This document shows, one piece after another, positions 23,086-29,943 of a stretch of DNA of 32,000 nt. The notes beneath the pieces are model-generated. The model made no database searches. It was not told where the DNA came from and saw only the letters and a list, made by a program, of their open reading frames with translations. Each line of letters opens with the position of its first letter. Position 1 is the stretch's first letter. This DNA is from Nitrososphaera viennensis EN76 (GTDB taxonomy: Archaea > Thermoproteota > Nitrososphaeria > Nitrososphaerales > Nitrososphaeraceae): the NCBI RefSeq assembly GCF_000698785.1, contig NZ_CP007536.1, positions 2,040,001-2,072,000 of the forward strand. Reading direction: 5' to 3'. A program made the translations under genes and the position numbers.

Positions 23086-24354
23086 ATGAACAGGAAGAAG
23101 GGCGCCGCACTGGCCGTTGGTATTGCGGCAGCCGTTGCAATATCGGTGGTTCTTGCCGTAGCGTTCTTGTATCAAGACGGTGCAAGAATTCCAGGCAGTG
23201 GCAACAACAACGGAACCGCGCCTCTACCGCCGGACGGCGGGACCAACGGGACAACCGCCGGAGGAGGGGGGCCAGCTGGAAAAACCCCGGTCAATGCCAT
23301 GTCGTCTCCTTCCGCGATGCCGTTTATGGAGAAGTGGGTCAACCAGTACAACAGCGAAAGAAACCCGGGCAACGTAAAGGTGAACTACTCTGACCGTGCG
23401 GACGACGCCAGCATACCGCTTCTTTATCCAAACGTCTCGGCTTTTCTCGCAGACTACTCGGCAGACGTTGCTGTTGCGAGCAGGCCGGTTGCCGCAAGAG
23501 GGAACTTTACGTACGCCGGCTCGGTGTTCCTGCCGGTCAGCCCGCAAGCGGTGGCGGTGGTCTACAATATACCCGCGCTTCCGGACGTGCCGTCGGGATT
23601 GAGGCTTGACCCACCCACACTCTATGCGGTGCTGAGCGGAAACATCACGCACTGGGACGACCCGGCAATCAAGTCCCTCAACCCTGACACGAGCCTGCCG
23701 CACGAGCAAATAGTCGTCGTGCACGAGGGCCCAACAGGAAGCGCCTCTGACATGCTTGCCCGGTACCTTGCCTCTGCCTCAAATGGCACTGTAACGTGGC
23801 CCGAGTCAAGCCTGGTGGCAGACTCGGCAAACAGCCTCTCTGCGATGGTGCGGCAAACGCCCTATTCGATAGGGTACGTCGACTTTGCTTTTGCCGTCCA
23901 GACTCGGATGACGTACGCGTCTCTCCAGAATTCAGATGGGGAATACCTCCTGCCGTCAGCCGACTCGATAGGCGCGGCCGTGCGAAACGGCACGGTAGTC
24001 GATCCCGCGCTTGTCAACGGCACGGGTCCCGGAAACCCTGCGCTTGCCGGGCCTCCGACCGTATCTGTCGGGCAGCTTGGAAACGGCTCGTATCCCGTGG
24101 TCGGGTTCTACTACGCCGCATTTCCTGACCACCGCGCAGCTGCTGGCCCTGGAACGAACGAAACCGCCCTAGGCGGCAAGGACGCGGCAGTAATCGACTT
24201 TGTACGGTGGATAGCCGGAAGCGAGGGCCAGCGGATCCTCAATGACATGCAGTATCCTTCCGTGTACGAGCAAAACAAAGACCTGGAGGCTTTTGCAGAC
24301 AGGGTGCTTGGCACAAGAACCGGGTCGCTTGCAAATGTAGAAGCTCCTTCCTAA
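23086..24354 (+). CDS. membrane-anchored PstS-like (type 2 periplasmic-binding-fold) extracellular protein, orphan and sequon-rich
   Basis: N-terminal anchor MNRKKGAALAVGIAAAVAISVVLAVAFLY, then an Asn/Gly/Thr-rich stalk. LYAVLSGNITHWDDPAIKSLNPDTSLPHEQIVVVHE resembles the PstS pattern (f.G.It.WnDp.i..lNP...LP...I.vv.R). The expected SGTT anion-binding loop reads GPTGSASD here. Confidence 0.75.
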   Translation: MNRKKGAALAVGIAAAVAISVVLAVAFLYQDGARIPGSGNNNGTAPLPPDGGTNGTTAGGGGPAGKTPVNAMSSPSAMPFMEKWVNQYNSERNPGNVKVNYSDRADDASIPLLYPNVSAFLADYSADVAVASRPVAARGNFTYAGSVFLPVSPQAVAVVYNIPALPDVPSGLRLDPPTLYAVLSGNITHWDDPAIKSLNPDTSLPHEQIVVVHEGPTGSASDMLARYLASASNGTVTWPESSLVADSANSLSAMVRQTPYSIGYVDFAFAVQTRMTYASLQNSDGEYLLPSADSIGAAVRNGTVVDPALVNGTGPGNPALAGPPTVSVGQLGNGSYPVVGFYYAAFPDHRAAAGPGTNETALGGKDAAVIDFVRWIAGSEGQRILNDMQYPSVYEQNKDLEAFADRVLGTRTGSLANVEAPS

Positions 24355-24668
24355 AACCGGCAACGCCTTTTATGCATAGAAAGTTCTTACCTGGAAGTCT
24401 TGCGTATTTTTGCGATGTTTTTTATGTAATGCTGTTCTTCTCGAGGCGAGACTCGTTAATATTATTTCAGCGTCATAAATCTCATGATGAACCATTTTAT
24501 CTGCAATGCCGTACTTTCTATGACTTTTTTGCTGCCGCCAACAACAACAGTAGTGGCAGCAGTCCCTGCCAGTGGGCATCATTGCGGCAGCGCGGCAAAA
24601 AGTACCGTGGTGCCTAGAAGGAGCGAAGTGGCGCCATTCTGGTGAACCCTGCAAGATGATGATGAAAA

Positions 24669-25955
24669 ATGAAGGTAAACGTGATACATATCGATCTGAA
24701 CCCCTGCGGCGGCGCCGAGCAGCTGGCGATTGCCACGTTGCAGTCGTTCCTTGAAATGGAAACGATGCAGGTGGACCTGACAGTGGCAAGGGCTCCAGAC
24801 CTTGAGAGGCTTGAAAAGGCATTTGGCGACAGGGTGCGCAGGATATTTGACCGCGTCAAGGTAAAGCCGCTTGGCCGGCTTCCAATAGAGCTTGACTGGC
24901 AGACTGGCACGCTGGCCTGCCGCCCGGGAGCCGAAAGCGCCATTTCGGAGTACGACGTGATAGTGAACACGCACGGCGACGTGCTGCCGTATTTTCTGCC
25001 GTCTTTTTCAAGCAAGACCTGCATAACATACTGCCACTTCCCGGTAGTGGCAAGCTATGTTGCATGCCGCAACCTTGTCTACCTGCAAGGCCTGGTCGAC
25101 CTGGGCCTGCTGGATGGAAACGTCATGAAAGTGGCAAACAGCAGCTCCATGTTCTGGCGCAGCTTTTTGGAATACTATTTGCTCATGCTGAGAAACTCGC
25201 TTGTAGTCACCAATTCAAGGTTCAGCCGCCAGGCAATAATCAACGAGGTGAAAACCGGGGCGTCCAAGGCGGCAGGCGAGCCGACAATCATTGCGCCTCC
25301 TGTGTGCGTGGACGAGCTGCGCCAGGCCGCGCTCCTGCCCTCGCCGCGGGCGGACCGCGTGCTGGTCGTGTCCCGGATATATCCGTCAAAAAAGCTGGAA
25401 AATGCGATAGAGCTTGCCCGCATCCTGAAGCGGCGCGGGGTGGGAAAGGAGATGGTCATAGCCGGCAACCTGGCGGCAGATGACAGCTGCGGCCGCAAAT
25501 ACTATGAGCAGCTTGTGGGAATGATAGGTGATTACGGGCTGTCAGACTATGTCTCTATCAAGCCCAACGTGGAGCTTGGCAAGCTCTGGTCGCTGATGCA
25601 AAAGTCCAAGGCCTACTTCCACCCGATGCCAGAAGAGCCTTTTGGGATCTCGGTGGTAGAAGCGATGGCCGCCGGCCTGGTGCCGGCCGTGCCGGCCACA
25701 GGCGGGCCGACAGAGTTTGTGCCGCAAGAATACCAGTTCCACTCGCTTGAAGAGGCAGCCGGCATAATCCAGGCGGCGCTACAGGTCTCTGACAAAGAGC
25801 GGCTGGCGATAAGCGACTCGGTCAAGAGATTTTCCCTGCCGGCGTACACAAGACGGTTCTCGCAGTTCATAAGTGAGAGGCTGCTGGCGACTGCTGCCGC
25901 CACCGCGCACTATGAGCGGCGCACTGTGGCCGGCAGGAGGCCCGGCCTGGACTAG
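24669..25955 (+). CDS. GT-B glycosyltransferase, family 4, ALG11-like
   Basis: 428 aa. N-terminus HIDLNPCGGAEQLAI and TYCHFPVV resemble ALG11-type mannosyltransferases. C-terminal EEPFGISVVEAMAAGLVPAV is the E-x7-E GT4 motif. Confidence 0.88.
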   Translation: MKVNVIHIDLNPCGGAEQLAIATLQSFLEMETMQVDLTVARAPDLERLEKAFGDRVRRIFDRVKVKPLGRLPIELDWQTGTLACRPGAESAISEYDVIVNTHGDVLPYFLPSFSSKTCITYCHFPVVASYVACRNLVYLQGLVDLGLLDGNVMKVANSSSMFWRSFLEYYLLMLRNSLVVTNSRFSRQAIINEVKTGASKAAGEPTIIAPPVCVDELRQAALLPSPRADRVLVVSRIYPSKKLENAIELARILKRRGVGKEMVIAGNLAADDSCGRKYYEQLVGMIGDYGLSDYVSIKPNVELGKLWSLMQKSKAYFHPMPEEPFGISVVEAMAAGLVPAVPATGGPTEFVPQEYQFHSLEEAAGIIQAALQVSDKERLAISDSVKRFSLPAYTRRFSQFISERLLATAAATAHYERRTVAGRRPGLD

Positions 25956-26042
25956 CTCTTCTTCTTCTTTTTGTGCACTGCGCCTTGGCTGCCGCTTCTT
26001 TTTTCTTTCGCGTAGATCTGTACCGGTTTGTTGTTGTAAGTC

Positions 26043-26050
26043 TTTAATAT
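26043..26050 (+). promoter_or_regulatory. TATA-box-like TTTAATAT upstream of dodecin
   Basis: Centred about 26 nt upstream of ATG 26072. Confidence 0.45.
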
Positions 26051-26071
26051 TTTCAGATGTATTAACCGTCC

Positions 26072-26287
26072 ATGTCAGTCATCCGGGTGACAGAAATACT
26101 CGCAACCTCGCCAACCAGCTGGGAGGACGCGGTCGACAACGGGCTGGAGCGCGCCACCAAGACGATCCGCAACGTAAAAGGCATCGACGTGCGTGGCTGG
26201 AAGGCAGAAGTCCAAAACGCAAAGATAGTGGAGTACAGGGTCGTCCTGAAAGTAGCGTTTGAGGTTGAAGACGTCCCCGGTTCGTAA
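26072..26287 (+). CDS. dodecin (small flavin-binding/storage protein)
   Basis: 71 aa. RVTEILATSPTSWEDAVDNGLERATKTIRNVKGIDVRGWKAEVQNAKIVEYRVVLKVAFEVED is colinear with bacterial-type dodecins. Confidence 0.88.
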   Translation: MSVIRVTEILATSPTSWEDAVDNGLERATKTIRNVKGIDVRGWKAEVQNAKIVEYRVVLKVAFEVEDVPGS

Positions 26288-26404
26288 TAATGATAATAAT
26301 GAAGATGCAATCAATCTCAATTAATTGACAGCACGATGAGGATGATGACCGTCATCACAACTGGAACTGGGTTTCCAGCCAAAAAAATAGTGGAGGCCTG
26401 CAGC

Positions 26405-26584
26405 CTAGGCTGCCTTGACTTCCCCTTTTTTGTTGCTACTGCTACTACTGCTGCTGTTGCCGCCGATTTTCTTTATAAAATCAGCCTTTTGCAGGTGGTC
26501 TATTACGATATGCCTCTGCATATCTCCGAGCGACTCGAACCTCTGCTTGCAGGCAAAGCATCTGTACTCATTTTTTCCTGGCAA
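26405..26584 (-). CDS. 59-aa C2H2 zinc-finger mini-protein with poly-Ser tail (not in the ORF track)
   Basis: TTG start. (M)PGKNEYRCFACKQRFESLGDMQRHIVIDHLQKADFIKKIGGNSSSSSSSNKKGEVKAA. YRCFACKQRFESLGDMQRHIVIDH fits psi-x-C-x2-C-x3-F-x5-psi-x2-H-x4-H exactly. An in-frame stop lies 6 codons upstream of the TTG. Confidence 0.55.
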   Translation of the reverse strand: MPGKNEYRCFACKQRFESLGDMQRHIVIDHLQKADFIKKIGGNSSSSSSSNKKGEVKAA

Positions 26585-26661
26585 TACTTCTTCTACTATG
26601 ATTTATTGGCGTCCCGCACCCAAAAGGGTTTACAACCCGGCAACGGAGAAATATCTTCTAT

Positions 26662-28044
26662 ATGGGCGGAATAACGGCCCCTCCTCCGGCAGACAGCCTG
26701 TGGCGTTCGTTTTCCGCCAGCGCTGGCGCGTTTGTGGAAGCCACAGAGCAGTTCGTGCAGGAAGGGGTAAACCCTGGCGGCTATTACAAGGCAGTGTGGT
26801 GCCGCGACGCCTCTTACATATTGAAGGACTGGTTTTTGTCTGGCCGCTTTGAAGACGTGATGCACGAAATGCTGTTCATCTGGTCGCACCAGGTGGCGGC
26901 CGGCGGCGAAAAGGTGATCTATGGCCGGGGATCGCCGGAAATGCAGTACTCCTCGAAGGTTGCAGATCCGGAAACCCACAAAAAGTTTGAAGGTGCCCTG
27001 CCCTCTACGATATTCCACGGCTTTTCGGAGGTCTATGGGCGAAACCCGGACATCGACTCGACCGCGCTCATGATATCTACGACTGCATGGATCTTTAACG
27101 CCTACCTGAAATCCGGGATGGTGATCCCAACTTCTTCCTCGCCGGCGCACGGAAGCATTGAACTGAAAATGTCCTCGCTCGTCTCTTCGCCCTCCGTTGT
27201 AATAGAGTATGTCGTGCCAAGGATGCTTGCGGCGGTGGACTACCTTGCGTCCCGCGACACCGACGGCGACGGCCTGCTTGAGCAGGGCCACAACGAGGAC
27301 TGGATGGACACCGTGCTGCGCTCGGGCAAAATCGTGTACAGCCAGGCGTGCTGGATACTTGCGCTGAGCAACCTCTCGTCGCTCCTTTCAGAGCTTGGCA
27401 GAAAGGACGATGCAAAAAGGGCGATGTCGATGGCCTACAGGGCGATAAAGGCCGTGGAGGACAGGCTGTGGTCAGAAAAGGACGGCACGTACATCGACCT
27501 GCAGGACGACGGCGACGGGCAGCGCGGCGGCAGATCCCTGACACAGGACGTCGCGCTGTACCTGGTGGCAGTCACGGAAAACACCGTACAGGACATACTC
27601 GGCAGCGGCCAGATAAGGGAAGAGCCTGCGCAGGACGAAAAGGCCAGGCCGGAATTTGGCAGCAGGGCAGAGCGCGCCCTTGACACCCTCAAGGCCCGGA
27701 TCTGGAAGGACAAGTGGCCGCTGGTGACAGAGTCGGCGCTGGAAAGGACTGGCCCCTGGCTTTTGAACCCGAACCAGTACCACAACCACACCTTCTGGCC
27801 GTGGACGACTGGCATAGAGATGCTTGCAAGAAGCAGGTTTGCAAGGGTGCACGAGTGCCATGCGCTGCTCTCGATGCTCTCCTCAAACGACTGCCAGTCA
27901 AGCACCAGAGCGTTTTACGAGTGGGTAAACCCGGTCACCAACACTGGCTCGGGGGCGCACCCTTTTCGCACGGGCATCTCGGCGATACGCATTGCAATAG
28001 CCGATATACTCGGCCAGATGGGCAAGTCCGGTCTAACTCATTAA
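26662..28044 (+). CDS. (alpha/alpha)6-barrel glycoside hydrolase, glycogen-debranching-enzyme C-terminal (amylo-alpha-1,6-glucosidase)-like
   Basis: 460 aa. VWCRDASY, DGDGLLEQGHNEDWMDTVLRSGKIVYSQACWILAL and NQYHNHTFWPWTTG match the GDE_C-type motifs (WGRD / TWMD..R.Gk.VE.qALW / YHNGtvWPW). Confidence 0.85.
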   Translation: MGGITAPPPADSLWRSFSASAGAFVEATEQFVQEGVNPGGYYKAVWCRDASYILKDWFLSGRFEDVMHEMLFIWSHQVAAGGEKVIYGRGSPEMQYSSKVADPETHKKFEGALPSTIFHGFSEVYGRNPDIDSTALMISTTAWIFNAYLKSGMVIPTSSSPAHGSIELKMSSLVSSPSVVIEYVVPRMLAAVDYLASRDTDGDGLLEQGHNEDWMDTVLRSGKIVYSQACWILALSNLSSLLSELGRKDDAKRAMSMAYRAIKAVEDRLWSEKDGTYIDLQDDGDGQRGGRSLTQDVALYLVAVTENTVQDILGSGQIREEPAQDEKARPEFGSRAERALDTLKARIWKDKWPLVTESALERTGPWLLNPNQYHNHTFWPWTTGIEMLARSRFARVHECHALLSMLSSNDCQSSTRAFYEWVNPVTNTGSGAHPFRTGISAIRIAIADILGQMGKSGLTH

Positions 28045-28071
28045 TAATTTTGCGGCGTACATAAAAACGCA

Positions 28072-28679
28072 ATGATGGGCAATGATGCTGTTGTTGGTGA
28101 TGATAATAGCCGCGTGAAAATCCTTGGGATGGCTGGCAGCCTCAGAAAGGGCTCGTACAACCGCGCCGCGCTCCGGGCGCGCAAAAGCTTGTTCCTGACA
28201 ACGCGCAACTAGAGATTTTCGAGCTTGACGGCATACCGCCCTTCAACCAGGACATTGAAATGCAGCGGCCAAAGGCAGTGTCGGAGCTGAAAAGCAAGGT
28301 GCGCTCGGCTGACGCCATACTTTTGTTACGCCCGAGTACAACTACTCTGTCTCTGGAGTCCTAAAAACGCTATTGACTGGGGGTCCAGGCCGTACGGCAA
28401 CAGCGCGTGGGAAGGCAAGCCTGCGGCGATAATGGGCGCTCTGTGGGGATGCTCGGCACGGCGCGTGCGCAGTACCACCTGCGGCAGATGTTCGTCTTTC
28501 TCAACATGCATACTCTCGACAGGCCGGAGGTAATGATCGCAAATGCTGCCGACAAGTTTGACGCGCAGGGGAACCTGGTCGACGGAGAGACGCTGAAAAG
28601 GATAAGGGAGCTCTTGGCGGCCCTTGCGAGCTTGACCATCCGGCTCAAACAGATGCAGACAAAGCTGGCAGCGGCATGA
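28072..28679 (+). pseudogene. NADPH-dependent FMN reductase family gene disrupted by four single-nucleotide (-1) frameshifts
   Basis: The five frame segments join into a full-length family member. Segment 1: (MMGNDAVVGDDNSR)VKILGMAGSLRKGSYNRAALRA. Segment 2: QKLVPDNAQLEIFELDGIPPFNQDIEMQRPKAVSELKSKVRSADAIL. Segment 3: VTPEYNYSVSGVLK. Segment 4: NAIDWGSRPYGNSAWEGKPAAIMGA. Segment 5: SVGMLGTARAQYHLRQMFVFLN...KLAAA*. Shifts are near 28181, 28324, 28366 and 28440. Premature stops fall at 28210-28212 and 28362-28364. Confidence 0.85.
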
Positions 28680-28749
28680 TAATAAAAAAAGACAAAAAGT
28701 CTTGAAAAAACTTGTACTGCAAACTTGCAGCATCATCTTCCGTATTGCG

Positions 28750-28757
28750 TAATTATC
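28750..28757 (+). promoter_or_regulatory. TATA-box-like TAATTATC upstream of the acidic micro-ORF
   Basis: Centred about 26 nt upstream of ATG 28780, the same spacing as the other leaderless-type promoters in the window. Confidence 0.35.
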
Positions 28758-28779
28758 TGCTCTGCGTCTCGTACGCCAT

Positions 28780-28899
28780 ATGAGCAGCAACAAGGAAGCT
28801 GAAAGGGAAGAAATGAAGGAAGAAAACGACGAGCTGCAGGACGCCGAGCAGTTCGACCTCGATGAAGAGGAAGAAGAGGAAGAAGAAGGCGAAATGTAA
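28780..28899 (+). CDS. candidate 39-aa extremely acidic peptide (not in the ORF track)
   Basis: MSSNKEAEREEMKEENDELQDAEQFDLDEEEEEEEEGEM. It sits antisense inside the spurious 223-aa ORF. It is supported only by the start context and the promoter-like box. Confidence 0.3.
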   Translation: MSSNKEAEREEMKEENDELQDAEQFDLDEEEEEEEEGEM

Positions 28900-28932
28900 A
28901 AGGTACTCTGCCGCACAGGGCAGGCAGTAACT

Positions 28933-28979
28933 TGCACATACGCGCGTGCACACACGCATAGCCGTATACGCACGCGCGT
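28933..28979. repeat. two perfectly alternating pyrimidine-purine tracts (28 nt and 17 nt), Z-DNA-prone
   Basis: tgcacatacgcgcgtgcacacacgcata (28933-28960) and cgtatacgcacgcgcgt (28963-28979), checked base by base. Confidence 0.75.
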
Positions 28980-29117
28980 CGTCAATCGTTCATTCAATAT
29001 TATTTCTATCGTGGGTTGTTTTGCGCAGTATGATTTTTTGCTGGTCGGTCTATGACAGGCTTGCTTGGGCCTTTTGCCGTGCAGTTATTATCCATCCATA
29101 TATGCATCCCGTCTATG

Positions 29118-29414
29118 CTAGGTCCGCAAATCTCTGACCCAGATGTGTTCTATTCGATAGGCGGGGATCAATTCTCGCCGTACAATAGAGTTGGCCTCTT
29201 CATCCTTGTAGAACGTAATTGTTACAAACTCTGACACAACCTGGATGTTGACAGTCTCGCAAACCTGCGGGTCCTTTGCAGCATCAAATTCTTCAACAGC
29301 AATTGTATCTGGTTTGTCGCGCACTGTATGCGAATACAGCACAACCACGTCCTCTACTTCTTGGCCGTGGAATTTTATCGTCTTCTTCTTCTTCTTATTG
29401 TTCTTGTTTGGCAT
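29118..29414 (-). CDS. hypothetical protein, third gene of the orphan cassette (Lys-rich N-terminus, beta-rich body)
   Basis: 98 aa. MPNKNNKKKKKTIKFHGQEVEDVVVLYSHTVRDKPDTIAVEEF.... It overlaps the upstream ORF by 20 nt. Composition is protein-like, whereas the opposite-strand ORFs are Ser/Leu-rich junk. Confidence 0.5.
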   Translation of the reverse strand: MPNKNNKKKKKTIKFHGQEVEDVVVLYSHTVRDKPDTIAVEEFDAAKDPQVCETVNIQVVSEFVTITFYKDEEANSIVRRELIPAYRIEHIWVRDLRT

Positions 29415-29679
29415 ACCCGGACTCGTCGGTTAAAGAGGCATGCGCGGCTGATACTTTTTCCATCTCTTCCCTGTTGGCCGGATCGACCATCAATTCGCCT
29501 TTTTCTTTTTTTCTTCTTGATTTGCCGCTGCTGACGATGCGGAGCGTCATTGAAGCGATTTTTGACGGCTCTCTGACCCTGTCCGAAGGCACATCCGCAC
29601 CTTTTCTGATTCCCTTGGCCCAGACTGCGACATCCGGCGTATCCAATATGTCCATTATGCCATCATCTTTGCCTGCCAT
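29395..29679 (-). CDS. hypothetical protein, second gene of the orphan cassette
   Basis: 94 aa. MAGKDDGIMDILDTPDVAVWAKGIRKG...SGKSRRKKEKGELMVDPANREEMEKV.... No motif recognised. Confidence 0.5.
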   Translation of the reverse strand: MAGKDDGIMDILDTPDVAVWAKGIRKGADVPSDRVREPSKIASMTLRIVSSGKSRRKKEKGELMVDPANREEMEKVSAAHASLTDESGYAKQEQ

Positions 29680-29706
29680 GCCAAGTTATCTATCTCTAGC
29701 AAGATA

Positions 29707-29943
29707 TTAAACACCTTCTCGTCTGGTCCGAGGGCCATTAAAGGCGAAGACCGGTATTATATCACCGCCCGGCCTTTGCTCTGATTTTAGATCGCCTTTC
29801 AGTTTAGCTAATTCCCTCACGCTGGACATCTGAATATCGCCGCTCCTTGTTATCAACTTGGAAAGCGTTGGCCTGGCATCTTTTCCAAGTCGGATAGCTT
29901 CTTTGCCTCTTCGCAGGAAAGACATGGTCGCGCCGTTATCCAA
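29707..29943 (-). CDS. hypothetical protein, first gene of the orphan cassette
   Basis: 78 aa from TTG 29943, or 72 aa from ATG 29925. A TTAATAG box on the minus strand (29963-29969) lies about 26 nt upstream of the TTG. No motif recognised. Confidence 0.5.
   Translation of the reverse strand: MDNGATMSFLRRGKEAIRLGKDARPTLSKLITRSGDIQMSSVRELAKLKGDLKSEQRPGGDIIPVFAFNGPRTRREGV

Noticed and set aside
24650-24700. C/D-box-sRNA-like string (GATGATGA ... CTGA)
   Set aside because: There are no credible internal D'/C' boxes, and the segment is the ribosome-proximal start of the GT4 coding sequence (ATG 24669). Similar ATGATG strings at 28072-28105 and 26340-26350 lack a D box.
24370-24822. 150-aa minus-strand ORF and 81-aa plus-strand ORF (24372-24617) in the spacer upstream of the GT4 gene
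   Set aside because: The minus ORF overlaps the GT4 start and is Arg/Cys/His-rich. The plus ORF has odd composition and no promoter-like box at the right distance. Neither is convincing, and the region is left as an unexplained 314-bp AT-rich spacer.
26596-27291. 231-aa minus-strand ORF, and plus-strand ORFs 26336-26674 and 26415-26852
   Set aside because: These are overlapping alternative frames of the GDE-like hydrolase and of the C2H2 mini-gene. None has motifs, whereas the chosen frames do.
28326-28997. 223-aa minus-strand ORF with a Ser9 run
   Set aside because: It is antisense to the recognisable FMN-reductase segments and to the GAA-repeat acidic ORF. The poly-Ser is just the complement of GAA/GAG codons. 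Its composition (Ser/Cys/Arg/Leu-rich) is typical of a shadow ORF in GC-rich DNA.
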